The notes under the pieces were generated by a model. It worked only from the letters and a program-made list of their open reading frames with translations. It did no database searches and was not told the origin of the DNA. Of a DNA stretch of 64,000 nucleotides, positions 1 to 9,673 are shown in pieces. Source of the stretch: Deltaproteobacteria bacterium (GTDB lineage: Bacteria > Myxococcota_A > Polyangia > Polyangiales > Houyiibacteriaceae); assembly GCA_034670305.1 (NCBI GenBank), contig JAXMNT010000033.1:1-64000 (forward strand), read 5' to 3'. Numbering within the stretch: the stretch's first letter is position 1; the number at the start of each line of letters is the position of its first letter. The position numbers and the translations under genes were made by a program.

Positions 1-124
1 CCCGCTGGGCATCGCGCTCCGATTCGCGCCTCGCCGTCGCGAAACACACGGCGTCCACGACGCGGGCAAGGGCACGGGCAAGGGCAACGGCAAGGGAGCA
101 GGTCGCTTTTCAGCGACCTGCTAG
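1..124 (-). mobile_element. Partial copy (cut by window edge) of the MITE-like hairpin-ended element also found at 48113-48422
   Basis: The reverse complement of 1-123 is nearly identical to 48113-48229 (one extra GGGCAA hexamer, about 2 small differences). It has a terminal hairpin AGCAGGTCGCT-TTTC-AGCGACCTGCT at 97-122 and CTAG at 121-124. Confidence 0.75.
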
Positions 125-372
125 CGGTCGGTCGGAGTCGGCGGCATCGGATTCGGCATCGGGTTCGGCGTCGGCGTCGGCTTCGGCTTCGGCTTCGGCT
201 TCCGCTTCGGCTTCGGCTTCCGCTTCGGCTTCGGCTTCGGCTTCGGCTTCGGCGTCGGCGGCGGCTTCCGCTTCCGCTTCGGATTCGGCTTCGGCTTCGG
301 CTTCGGCCTCCGCTCCCGCTTGGGCTTCGAGAACAACCCCGGGCACCCGGCCTCCGCTTCGGCCTGCCTTCG
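125..372. repeat. Degenerate hexamer tandem array (TTCGGC/GTCGGC/TTCCGC)n
   Basis: 6-nt periodicity is directly visible just downstream of the RCC1 gene stop. Confidence 0.9.
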
Positions 373-375
373 GCC

Positions 376-2010
376 TCAGAGACACACTCGGCCGGGCCAG
401 CGCCGCGGCGCACGGTCGCCCACGCCGATCTGCCCAGCGTTGTTGCTGCCCCAACACCACACGCGGCCGAGGCCATCGATCGCACAGGTGTGGGTTGTGC
501 CCGCGGCGACGGCGCGCGGCTCTGAAAGGGACAACGCCTCGGGGCTGAACCGGGTCCGCGTGTCGCCGGTTCCGAGCTGTCCGGACGCGTTGTCGCCCCA
601 GCAGACGAGCTCGAGCCCCTCCGCCGCGTCACGGATCCCGCACGCGTGGGACCCGCCGGCGGAGACGCTCTGCCAACCACCGTCGCCCACGGCGACCGGT
701 CCCGACGCGGCTCCGGCGGACCCGGTGCCGAGTTGTCCGAGATCGTTCTCGCCCCAGCAGGACAGCCCGCCGTCCTCCCCGACCGCGCACGCGTGCCCAC
801 CTCCAGCAGCGACCTGCACCGCGCCGCGCACCCCCAACACCTCGAGCGGAGTGGGCTGGTTCTCCAACACGCCAACGCTTCCGAGCCACGGACCGGCCGC
901 GCCCCAGCACGCGACCTGTCCCTCCGCGTCTCGCGCGGCGCAGCTGTAGCTCGGCCCCGCCGCGACGTGCCCCCACGCGCCGCCGACCTCCACCGGATAC
1001 GCGGCGCCGGTCACGTCCACGCCGAGTTGGCCCATCTCTCCCGCGCCCATCGCGAAGAGCCGGCCGGACGCGTGAAGCAGGTGGGTGTGCGCGTCGCCGG
1101 CCGCGATCTGCATCCATGGGGTGACGAGCGGGACCTGCTCGGTGGTGAGGAGCCCAAGCGGGCTCGGCGCGTCCTCGCTGCCCTCCACCCGACCGGTCCG
1201 GCCGTCGAAGGGGCTACCGAAGCAATGGACGATGCCGCGGTCGATCGCGCAGCCGTGGCTGTCGCCCAGCGCGAGGTTCACTACTTCGGAGAGCACCCGC
1301 CCCGGTACTGCGGACAAGCGGTCCAGCGTGTCGCCCACCCCCAACTGTCCTTGCTCGTTCGCGCCCCAGGAATGGAACCTGCCGGTCTCCGTCCACACCG
1401 CGGAGCTGCGCGCCGCCACCGCGACACCGGAAGCTTCGAGCGCCGGGACGCACCGTTCCTCCATGCAGCTGTCGGCGGCACAGGGGCAGTCTTCCGCCTC
1501 GACGCACTCGGTCCCGCACGCCACCGCTTCCTCCGTGCCGAGCGACCGGCTCGCGAGGACGGCATCCACGCAACGGCCACGCAGACACCGCGCGCCTGCC
1601 TCACACCGAACGTCGACGCACGCGCGGTCGAAGCAGAGCCCCGCTTCGCGCACGCCGCCGATCTCATGCACGAGCCGCGCCTCTTGGATCCCCAGCGTCT
1701 GGCCTTCCGCGTCGTAGAGTTCCGCGCGCACGGAGAACTCGAGGCGCGTGTCGTCGAGCGGTGCGGTGGGGACCGTGGCGGGCAGCGCCAACATCGGGAT
1801 GCCCTCGAGCGTCCGGTCGCCCTCGAAGACGACCGCCCCGTCCCCGCTTTGGATCTCGACGTGCAAGCCGAACGCGCTGGGCACCAGTTCGGGGTCGACC
1901 TCGAACCGCAGGACGGTCTGGGTGACGGGATCGCCCGCACAACTCGCGAGGACGAGGGCGGTAAGGACACAGAGGCGTCGCAAGTCCCGAGGATAGCGAC
2001 CTCCAGCCAC
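376..2010 (-). CDS. RCC1/BLIP-II repeat (beta-propeller) lipoprotein
   Basis: Repeated 'AAG..H.CA...G.V.CWG.N..GQLG.G' motifs and an N-terminal lipobox LASC. Start uncertain (GTG 2010 or TTG 1983). Confidence 0.85.
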   Translation of the reverse strand: MAGGRYPRDLRRLCVLTALVLASCAGDPVTQTVLRFEVDPELVPSAFGLHVEIQSGDGAVVFEGDRTLEGIPMLALPATVPTAPLDDTRLEFSVRAELYDAEGQTLGIQEARLVHEIGGVREAGLCFDRACVDVRCEAGARCLRGRCVDAVLASRSLGTEEAVACGTECVEAEDCPCAADSCMEERCVPALEASGVAVAARSSAVWTETGRFHSWGANEQGQLGVGDTLDRLSAVPGRVLSEVVNLALGDSHGCAIDRGIVHCFGSPFDGRTGRVEGSEDAPSPLGLLTTEQVPLVTPWMQIAAGDAHTHLLHASGRLFAMGAGEMGQLGVDVTGAAYPVEVGGAWGHVAAGPSYSCAARDAEGQVACWGAAGPWLGSVGVLENQPTPLEVLGVRGAVQVAAGGGHACAVGEDGGLSCWGENDLGQLGTGSAGAASGPVAVGDGGWQSVSAGGSHACGIRDAAEGLELVCWGDNASGQLGTGDTRTRFSPEALSLSEPRAVAAGTTHTCAIDGLGRVWCWGSNNAGQIGVGDRAPRRWPGRVCL

Positions 2011-2186
2011 GCACGTCACGGAGGTCGCCACCGTCACCGAGCACTGCTCAGGTGTTTTGACGCAGTGCGTCGGATTTTTCTCACTGGAGTCCTCCCGGAA
2101 ACGCGCCCGAAACATCGGTGGGGCAAGGTCCTCTCCGAACCTGACTTCCGCCGCTGTTCGTTCGCGGCCCTTCGGAGACTCGATTC

Positions 2187-3467
2187 ATGGATCCCACCGA
2201 GACCGTCCCTGCCAGCCTCGTCGCCGCCAACCTCGACGCCATCTGGGTGCTGCTCAGCGCGTTTCTCGTCTTCTTCATGCACGCGGGTTTCGCACTCGTC
2301 GAGTCTGGGTTCTGCCGCAAGAAGAACGCGGTGACGGTGCTGCTCAAGAACTTCGGCGTCGTCGCCATCGCTTCCATCGTGTTCTTCGTCATTGGGTACG
2401 GCGTGATGTTCGGCGACGGAAACTCGTTCATGGGCATGTCCACGTTCGCCCCCGACGGAACGGAATCCGACGTGGGCACGCTGCCGATCTACGTCTTCCT
2501 CTTCTTCCAGCTCGTGTTCGCTGCGACCTCCTGCACCATCGTCAGCGGCGCGGTCGCAGAACGGGCGCGGCTGCTCACATTCTTCGTCTTCACCGCGCTG
2601 GCCACCGCGTTCATCTACCCGGTGGTCGGCCACTGGGTGTGGGGCGGCGGCTGGCTCTCGGAGATGGGCTTCCTCGACTTCGCCGGCAGCACGGTGGTGC
2701 ACGCGGTCGGCGGGGGCATGGCGCTCGCCGGCGCGCTCGTGGTCGGTCCGCGCCTCGGCAAGTACGACGGAGCCGGCAACGCGCGTCCGATGCCCGCCCA
2801 CAACTTCCCGCTCGCGGCCCTCGGCGTCATCGTGCTCTGGCTCGGGTGGTTCGGATTCAACGGCGGCAGCACGGTCTCCGCCGATTCCCCATCCTCCATC
2901 GCACGCATCGTACTCGTCACGAACCTCGCCGCGTCCGCCGGGTTTCTCATCGCGTTGGCCTGGGTTCGGTTCCGCACCGGCATGATGGATCTCTCGATGG
3001 GTCTCAACGGCGCGCTCGCGGGCCTGGTTGGAATCACCGCCGGCTGCGACGTGATCGCACCCGGATGGGCGCTGCTCGTCGGCGGCCTCGGTGGTCTGCT
3101 GTGCGTCGAAGGCGTGTTCTTCCTCGAGAAGCGCCGCATCGACGACCCGGTCGGCGCGATCACCGTGCACGGCATCTGCGGCATCTTCGGCACGCTGGCG
3201 GTCGGACTCTTCGGAGAAGAAGTCGGCCTCTTCGTCGGTGGAGGGGCGGCGCAGCTCGGCACCCAGGCGATCGGCACCTTCGCCGGATTCGGCTTCGCGT
3301 TCGCGGCGGGCTTCGTCCTGTGGCGTGCCATGAAAGCGCTCGTGCCTGGCGGCGTCCGGGTATCGGAAGCGCATGAACTCGAAGGACTCGATGTCGCCGA
3401 GTGCGGAGTCGAAGCGTACGGCGAGTCGCCGGTTGGCATGGCGGCGATGGTCGCGCCCGCCGAGTAG
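2187..3467 (+). CDS. amtB: Ammonium transporter (Amt family)
   Basis: Motifs FFMHAGFALVESG, FQLVFAA, SGAVAER, HWVWGGGWL, DFAGSTVVH, WFGFNGGS, NGALAGLV, IDDPVGAITVHG; polytopic hydrophobic protein. Confidence 0.97.
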   Translation: MDPTETVPASLVAANLDAIWVLLSAFLVFFMHAGFALVESGFCRKKNAVTVLLKNFGVVAIASIVFFVIGYGVMFGDGNSFMGMSTFAPDGTESDVGTLPIYVFLFFQLVFAATSCTIVSGAVAERARLLTFFVFTALATAFIYPVVGHWVWGGGWLSEMGFLDFAGSTVVHAVGGGMALAGALVVGPRLGKYDGAGNARPMPAHNFPLAALGVIVLWLGWFGFNGGSTVSADSPSSIARIVLVTNLAASAGFLIALAWVRFRTGMMDLSMGLNGALAGLVGITAGCDVIAPGWALLVGGLGGLLCVEGVFFLEKRRIDDPVGAITVHGICGIFGTLAVGLFGEEVGLFVGGGAAQLGTQAIGTFAGFGFAFAAGFVLWRAMKALVPGGVRVSEAHELEGLDVAECGVEAYGESPVGMAAMVAPAE

Positions 3468-3637
3468 TTCTGCGCATGGCTGCCTTGGGGCAGCGGTGTG
3501 CGGTGGATCCCGCGGATGTGGTGGTCGCGGGATCCGTGATGAGTGATGAGTGATGAGTGAGGTGGGGTCGTTCGCGGTGGGACGCGAGCGGATGGAGACG
3601 TGCGCCCTCTGTTGGTCCTGACCTCGAAGGAGGCGTC

Positions 3638-4789
3638 ATGTCGAAACGAACGTGTGTGGTGTGTGCGGTGCTGTGGATGGGTGGGTCGTGGTCGTCTGCG
3701 GGCGCGCAGCGGGAGCCAGGTGCGGTCGAGGAGAGCGCCGAGGGAACCGAGCGGTCGACGTGGGACGACATCGACGTGCACGTGTTCGGCGACGCGTTCT
3801 ATCTGGCCGACTGGAACCGGCCGGACTCGACGACCGCGCCGAGCGACGTCGCCCACCGCGCGTTCGACCACGCGAACGGTTTCGGACTCGCGTTTGCTGG
3901 GTTCGACTTCCGGTACCGCGGCGAACGGTTCGGCGCGACGATCGACCTGCGATTCGGCGAGGGCGCGCGCCGACTCATCGGCAACCCGAGCCCGGTGTAC
4001 TCGCTGATCAAGCAGGCCTACGTGACCTACGCACCGAGCGACGACGTCTCGATCGACCTCGGGCAGTTCGACACCATCTACGGTGCGGAGGTCGCCGACA
4101 GCTGGCGCAACCTCAACTACACACGGGGGGCGCTCTACTACCTGATGCAACCGTTCTACCACACGGGCCTGCGCGCCTCGTGGCAGGCGAGCGAGAAGCT
4201 CGGACTCACGGCCATGCTCGTCAACGGCACCAACAACCCGATCGACGCCAACCTCTCGCCGCACCTCGGACTGCAGTCCACGTACACCCCGAGCGACGCA
4301 TTCGCTCTCGTGCTCGGCTACTACACCGGACCGGGCAGCAGCGGCTTCGGCGACGACGCCGATCCCGGATCGAACGACGACTGGGAACACTTCTTCGACT
4401 TGGTCGTCACCGCGAGCGCGGGACCGGTGAGTTTCGTCGGCAACCTGGACGTGTACCTGAGCGGTCCCGACTCCGGCGTGAACGCCCCGGACCGAAGCGC
4501 CTATTGGGGCGGGAGCGCGGCGCTCGGGATCCGCGCGCTCGACGAACTGCGATTCGCCCTGCGCGCGGAGGTGCTCCAGGACCCGGACGGATACATCGGC
4601 GACGGATGGGACTGGCTCACCACCGGCACGTTCACGATCGACGTGCGCCCCGTGCCCAACGTCGTCCTGCGCCTCGACAACCGCATCGAGTACGCCGACG
4701 TCCCCATCTTCGCCGACCAAGACGGCCCCGCCTCGAGCAAGATGTGGTTCGCCACCACCCTAGGCCTCGTCGTCACCTCCGACCCCTGA
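3638..4789 (+). CDS. Outer-membrane beta-barrel porin (BBP2/OmpL-like)
   Basis: RBS AAGGAGG before ATG 3638, signal peptide, 'KQAYV...[14 protein letters not shown]...[16 protein letters not shown]' pattern typical of this porin family, amphipathic strands. Confidence 0.8.
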   Translation: MSKRTCVVCAVLWMGGSWSSAGAQREPGAVEESAEGTERSTWDDIDVHVFGDAFYLADWNRPDSTTAPSDVAHRAFDHANGFGLAFAGFDFRYRGERFGATIDLRFGEGARRLIGNPSPVYSLIKQAYVTYAPSDDVSIDLGQFDTIYGAEVADSWRNLNYTRGALYYLMQPFYHTGLRASWQASEKLGLTAMLVNGTNNPIDANLSPHLGLQSTYTPSDAFALVLGYYTGPGSSGFGDDADPGSNDDWEHFFDLVVTASAGPVSFVGNLDVYLSGPDSGVNAPDRSAYWGGSAALGIRALDELRFALRAEVLQDPDGYIGDGWDWLTTGTFTIDVRPVPNVVLRLDNRIEYADVPIFADQDGPASSKMWFATTLGLVVTSDP

Positions 4790-4796
4790 CCGCAAG

Positions 4797-5162
4797 ATCG
4801 GGGTCGGGGTCGGGTCGGCTTCGGGATCGGGATCGGCTTCGGGATCGGCTTCGGCTTCGGCTTCGGGATCGGATTCGGGATCGGCTTCGGGATCGGATTC
4901 GGGATCGGCTTCGGGATCGGCTTCGGCTTCGGCTTCGGGATCGGATTCGGGATCGGCTTCGGCTTCGGGATCGGATTCGGGATCGGCTTCGGGATCGGCT
5001 TCGGCTTCGGGATCGGATTCGGGATCGGCTTCGGCTTCGGCTTCGGCTTCGGCTTCGGGATCCGCTACCGCTTCCGCTACCGCGACCGCTTCCGCTACCG
5101 CGACCGCTGCCGCGACCGCTACCGCGACCGCTGCCGCTTCCGCTACCGCGTCCGCTTCCGCT
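4797..5162. repeat. Hexamer/dodecamer array (TTCGGC, GGGATCGGCTTC) followed by (CCGCTA/CCGCGA/CCGCTT)n
   Basis: Visible periodicity filling the gap between the convergent porin and btpA genes. Confidence 0.9.
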
Positions 5163-5164
5163 TC

Positions 5165-6001
5165 TTAGTTCTCGACGACGCGGGGGGCGGCGCGCCACGC
5201 TTCGACGAGGCGTTTGGCGCGCTCGATGTCGACGGGGGCGAGGACGTCGCCCTTCTCCTTGAGGTAGGTGCCGACGATCGCGCCGTCGGCCACGGACGCG
5301 AGGCCGCACCGCTCCGGGGTCAGGCCCGAACCGAGCAAGACACACCGGTCGCCCGCCGCCGCCCGGACCGCGCCGAGGGTGGCGCCGTCGATCGGTTGGC
5401 CGGTGCCGACGCCGGTCACGATGACGCCGTCGGCGCGTCCGCGATCCAGCACCTCGGCCGTCGCTTGCGCGGGCTCGAGGGGCGCGAGTGGGCTCGCGTG
5501 TTTCACGAGCACGTCGGCGTAGATCTCCACGTGGTGGGCGCCGAGCAAGGTGCGGTACCGGAGCGTGGTGTGGGCCTCGCCTTCGATGATGCCTTGGTCG
5601 GTCACGTACGCGCCCGCGTGCACGTTGACTCGGATGAAGGCCGCGCCGGTGGCGGCGGCGATGCCGATCGCCGTGTAGGCGTCGTTCCGCAGGCAGTTGA
5701 CGCCCACCGGCAACCCCGTCTCACGGATCGCGTCGGCCACCACGAGCGCGAGCGCCGCGACCTGGTGGGGCGGCAGACGATCGCCTTCGCACCCCTTCGG
5801 AAAGGGCGAGGATCCGAAGTTCTCTACGATCAGTGCGTCGAAGCCCGCTTGCTTCAACCGCGACGCGTCCCGCGCCGCGTGCTGGCGCACCCGCTCGAAC
5901 GACTGGAAGGGCGGTGGATCGCCAGGCATCGCCGGCAGGTGCAGGACCCCCACCAGCCCAGGACCACGTTCGCCGCGCACCGTCCCCGTCACAACACTCA
6001 T
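5165..6001 (-). CDS. BtpA/SgcQ family TIM-barrel protein
   Basis: GVLHLPAMPGDP, ENFGSSPF, GVNCLRND, FIRVNVH.GAYVTDQGIIEG.A, ADVLVKHA, DGAIVGT. ATG 6001 overlaps the channel stop (ATGA). Confidence 0.92.
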   Translation of the reverse strand: MSVVTGTVRGERGPGLVGVLHLPAMPGDPPPFQSFERVRQHAARDASRLKQAGFDALIVENFGSSPFPKGCEGDRLPPHQVAALALVVADAIRETGLPVGVNCLRNDAYTAIGIAAATGAAFIRVNVHAGAYVTDQGIIEGEAHTTLRYRTLLGAHHVEIYADVLVKHASPLAPLEPAQATAEVLDRGRADGVIVTGVGTGQPIDGATLGAVRAAAGDRCVLLGSGLTPERCGLASVADGAIVGTYLKEKGDVLAPVDIERAKRLVEAWRAAPRVVEN

Positions 6002-6975
6002 TCCGACTCTCCCATGGTGACGCCGACGTCTCCGGCGACCTTCGCGCCCATCGTGCCTGAAATCGGCAGCCCCCTCACGTCGGCGCGTTTGCGCGTGGCC
6101 CGCTGCACCCGGGACAGCTGCTCCTGCATCAAGGCGAGTTGCTTCTGCAAGTTCTCGAGCTCGTCGTCGAGGGTCGCCGGTCTGCGCCCGAGCCGCTCCG
6201 CCCGCATCACGCCCGCGGCGACGTCGGCTTCGGCTTGGGCCTCGTCCATGCCGCTGAGAATGACCCCGATGAAGAGGTTCAAGAAGATCATCGTGCCGAC
6301 GAGAATGAACGAGACGAAGAAGATCGCGCCCCCCACCGGCGAGGCGTGGGACGCGGTGCACATCTCGCGCGCAGCGTCGTACCCGTAGTTCTCACACCCG
6401 TACATCTGGATGTACATGAGGTCGGTCCAGTCCTCGAGGGTCACCGCACGGAACAAGCTCAGGAAGCTGATCTGCAGGTTGCCGAAGTGGACCGGGTCGT
6501 TCTCCCCCCACATGAACACCGCCGCCACCGCGTACACATAAAAGAGCATGACGAGCAGCAGCGACACATACGCCATGCTCGGGATGGACTTGAGCAACGC
6601 GCCGACGAGCAACTGCAGCCGGGGCAGCGCCCGCACCAGCTTGAGCACTCGAAGCAGCCGGAGAAGCCGCAACACCGTCGCGTACTGCGCCGCGAAGGGC
6701 ATGAAGGCGCCCGCGACGATCACGAAGTCGAAAACGTTCCAGCCGTCGTAGAAGTAGCGCCAGGGCCGACGCCCCTCGGCGATCATCTTGATCGCGATCT
6801 CCGCCATGAAGATCCACAGCACGACCTGGTCGAGCACGTGCATCGGCGCTGCAAAGCGCCGCGCCATCTCCGGATAGGTTTCGACGCCGACCAGTGCGCC
6901 GGCGAACAGGATCACGCCGGTGATGAAGTTCTGAAAACGGGAGGACTCCGCGATGCGTTTGCAGAGCTGGACCAT
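5998..6975 (-). CDS. Bacterial voltage-gated cation channel (BacNav-like, 6TM, filter TLEDWTD)
   Basis: S3 'WNVFDFVIV', S4 'RLLRLLRVLKLVR', pore 'SLFRAVTLEDWTD', S6 'FLNLFIGVI', C-terminal coiled coil. Confidence 0.95.
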   Translation of the reverse strand: MVQLCKRIAESSRFQNFITGVILFAGALVGVETYPEMARRFAAPMHVLDQVVLWIFMAEIAIKMIAEGRRPWRYFYDGWNVFDFVIVAGAFMPFAAQYATVLRLLRLLRVLKLVRALPRLQLLVGALLKSIPSMAYVSLLLVMLFYVYAVAAVFMWGENDPVHFGNLQISFLSLFRAVTLEDWTDLMYIQMYGCENYGYDAAREMCTASHASPVGGAIFFVSFILVGTMIFLNLFIGVILSGMDEAQAEADVAAGVMRAERLGRRPATLDDELENLQKQLALMQEQLSRVQRATRKRADVRGLPISGTMGAKVAGDVGVTMGESE

Positions 6976-7038
6976 GAGACGTGGACTTTCGCGAGAAGGA
7001 AGAAGGGGAGCCGGGCGGGTGCGCCGGCCGGACCCTAC

Positions 7039-8322
7039 TCAACTCCGAAAGCGACTGTCGAGGCGACCGATTTCGTCGACCACACCCTGCCCGACCGCCG
7101 TGGGCCGCATGTGCTTCTCGAGCAGCTGCACCCCGTCGGCGTTCATCTTCCGCACCCGCTCGAGTCGCCGCGCGAGATCGACCGGTCCAAGCGAGGGTTC
7201 GGGCCCAGTTTCCGACTCGGACCGAACGCACGGGTCTCCTTTCGCGATCATGGAGCGCAGGAGTGCCTCCACCGGAAGAAACGCGTGCACCGCGAGCAGC
7301 ACCCCGGAGAGGGGCCGCGGATCGGGCCGCCAGGGAGACTCGACGAGTTCGTCCGGTGGATTCTCGAGAACCGGATCGAGCTCCATCATCGCGTGCAGAA
7401 CGTTGTGTGCGGTTTCGTGGAGCAGCGCTTCGGCCATTGTCAGCACGCTTGGGTGCAGCGAGGTGTAGACGACGCCCAGGGCCTCTCGGTAACTGGCCGA
7501 GAGGTGCTGTTCTTCGTGGTAGCCGACGGGCACGACGTGCCGGATCATCAGATCGATCGCGGCCCGAGACGCCGGCAGGTGACGTTCGATGAGCTGCAGC
7601 GCGCGCTCGAGCATGCCCGTCCATTCCTCGGGGGTCCTTCCCCCGAGATCGACTTCGTTGCCTTGTTTGTCCGGGTGCGCCTCCAGAGAACGCAGCGGGT
7701 TCGTATCGCGCAGCACGAGCCGCGCATCCCGCGAGAACGGAAGGAACGCATCCGGTCGGGACTCGAGGAGACGCCCAGACGCGAAGACGCCTTCGTTCTG
7801 GAACGCCACCGGTCCAGGGGGCACGGCGATCCACTCGTCACGCGACGTGCCGACGAGTACTTTCGGCGCGCGCTCGATCTGGATCGTTTTCGGCAGAGCA
7901 CCGGCCCGGCCGAGCGCGAAGAGCGCCTGGCCGACCACCTCGGAGATCATCTCGTTGGGATCGGCGGCTCCGTCCCGAAGGCAGCGCAGCGGCGTGGCGA
8001 CGACCGGATTCCGCAGCAGGCTCGCGATCGCCCCCGGGTGGCCCGGCAGAAACCCGACGAGCACTTCGCGCAGGCGGGTCCAGTCCCGGAGCCCGCCAAG
8101 ACTCGCACCGCGGGGACGACGCAGCGCTTTGAGGTCTTCGAACGACTTGCGCAGCGCCATCGTCCAGACGGCACGCACCGTCTGGGAACCGAGCGCAGGC
8201 AGGGTGAGATCGTCCGGTGGGCTCGGGTGGAACGCGTTCAAGGCGCAGACTCTACCAATGGCGGTCGGGAAATGCAGCGAACCGGAGCCTGCGCGCAAGC
8301 TGCACGGACTCACCCAGGACAC
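7039..8322 (-). CDS. HExxH motif protein (putative alpha-KG-dependent peptide hydroxylase, aKG-HExxH type)
   Basis: 'SASYREALGVVY...AEALLHETAHNVLH...SPWRPDPRPLSGVLLAVHAF' is the hallmark of the RiPP-associated HExxH domain. Start uncertain (alternative TTG 8241). Confidence 0.85.
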   Translation of the reverse strand: MSWVSPCSLRAGSGSLHFPTAIGRVCALNAFHPSPPDDLTLPALGSQTVRAVWTMALRKSFEDLKALRRPRGASLGGLRDWTRLREVLVGFLPGHPGAIASLLRNPVVATPLRCLRDGAADPNEMISEVVGQALFALGRAGALPKTIQIERAPKVLVGTSRDEWIAVPPGPVAFQNEGVFASGRLLESRPDAFLPFSRDARLVLRDTNPLRSLEAHPDKQGNEVDLGGRTPEEWTGMLERALQLIERHLPASRAAIDLMIRHVVPVGYHEEQHLSASYREALGVVYTSLHPSVLTMAEALLHETAHNVLHAMMELDPVLENPPDELVESPWRPDPRPLSGVLLAVHAFLPVEALLRSMIAKGDPCVRSESETGPEPSLGPVDLARRLERVRKMNADGVQLLEKHMRPTAVGQGVVDEIGRLDSRFRS

Positions 8323-8424
8323 GGTGTGCGTAAGAGGCGGATGACTTCACCCCGTCTGCAGGGACTCATTGCGGAATGCGGTTGAGTGGGTTTCCTGTGA
8401 ATGTCACGCTCTAGCGGGGCATCC

Positions 8425-8751
8425 ATGGGTGTGATGGAGATGTTGAGCTGGCTGAAAGAACGTTTCGTGGGTCCTGCGGTGCCGCGGGTACCTATGATGC
8501 TGCGTGTGCGTGACCCCCGCGGAGACGTCGTACCTCAGGTCGACCTGCACTGCGTGTTCGAGCCCAATGGGCGAGAATCGAAGCTTCGCAAGATCACCGC
8601 GAGTGGGTTGTGCATCCTGCACTGGCCGAAGGGATCGAGCCGGCTCCGCCTGTTCATCCAAGCGCCGCAGGGCGCGGCCGAAGTGCAGGTCGCGATGGAT
8701 CGACCCGACCCCGACCGGGTGATCGAAGTCCAGCTCGCCCACGTGAGCTGA
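8425..8751 (+). CDS. Hypothetical protein (small, beta-rich)
   Basis: Compact ORF with plausible codon usage in the gap before the sirtuin gene; no recognised motif. Confidence 0.55.
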   Translation: MGVMEMLSWLKERFVGPAVPRVPMMLRVRDPRGDVVPQVDLHCVFEPNGRESKLRKITASGLCILHWPKGSSRLRLFIQAPQGAAEVQVAMDRPDPDRVIEVQLAHVS

Positions 8752-8830
8752 CCCAGAGTCTGCGTTCGAAAGGCTCAAACCGGCGGCCGGTCTCCCAGCG
8801 GGTCTGTGCCGTGTTGCGGTAGTCTGACGC

Positions 8831-9670
8831 ATGGAGATCGCGCAAGCGCTGGAGCTCATTCAGACGGCGGGGAACGAACACCCGGGGCCCATCGTGTGGC
8901 TCACGGGCGCGGGCATCTCGGCGGAGAGCGGCATCCCGACCTTCCGCGGCGCACAGGGTTACTGGCGGGTGGGTTCGCGCAACTACCACCCCCAGGAGCT
9001 GGCCACCTTCGCTGCGTACACACAAATGCCCAACGAGGTCTGGAGCTGGTACCTCTACCGGCGCTCGGTGTGCCGCGCGGCCGCCGCCAACCCCGCGCAC
9101 CACGCGCTCGCCGCGCTCGAGTCCGAGGCACCGGACCGGTTTCTCCTCGTCACCCAGAACGTGGATGGACTGCACCTGCGCGCGGGCAACACGCTCGCGC
9201 GCACCTACCAAGTGCACGGCAACATCGACTACATGCGCAAGGTCTCCGGGAGCGCGCCGGTCCCGCTGCCCGAGGCGCTTGGAGAAACCTGGGCGCGCGA
9301 ACGGAGCCTGACCGAAGCAGAGTTCGAACTGCTCCGGCACGAGGGAGAACCGACCCGACCGCATGTGCTCTGGTTCGACGAGACCTACGACGAGATCAAC
9401 TTTCGGTTCGATTCGACGCTGCGCGCGGCCGACGAAGCGGCGCTCTTGATCGTCGTCGGCAGCACCGGACAGACCAACCTTCCGGTGCAGCTGGCGCGGC
9501 GGGTGTTGGCCCGGGACCGCCCGATGATCGTGATCGACCCCGAGGTGGACGAGAACGCGTTCGCCCAGATGAACGAAGCGGTGTGCGGTGCGCATCGGAC
9601 GCTTCGCGGGGGCGCCGGAACCTTCGTGCCGGCGCTCGCAGACGCGGTCGCCTCTCTCAGCCCCCGCTAA
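8831..9670 (+). CDS. cobB: NAD-dependent deacylase, Sir2/CobB family
   Basis: GAGISAESGIPTFRG, TQNVDGLH.RAG, catalytic HG, RPHVLWFDE, VGST..T.LP. Confidence 0.93.
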   Translation: MEIAQALELIQTAGNEHPGPIVWLTGAGISAESGIPTFRGAQGYWRVGSRNYHPQELATFAAYTQMPNEVWSWYLYRRSVCRAAAANPAHHALAALESEAPDRFLLVTQNVDGLHLRAGNTLARTYQVHGNIDYMRKVSGSAPVPLPEALGETWARERSLTEAEFELLRHEGEPTRPHVLWFDETYDEINFRFDSTLRAADEAALLIVVGSTGQTNLPVQLARRVLARDRPMIVIDPEVDENAFAQMNEAVCGAHRTLRGGAGTFVPALADAVASLSPR

Positions 9671-9673
9671 CCT

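Noticed and set aside
110-460. ORFs encoding EAEAEA, PKPKPK, SRSRSR or CPCPCP (also 4773-5345, 18793-19569, 19106-19558, 28441-29250, 35649-35984)
   Set aside because: They are translations of stop-free hexamer arrays with no RBS or domain; treated as repeats, not genes or RiPP precursors.
4797-5162. Repeat arrays as possible CRISPR arrays
   Set aside because: No constant 23-47-nt repeat with unique spacers and no cas genes in the window.
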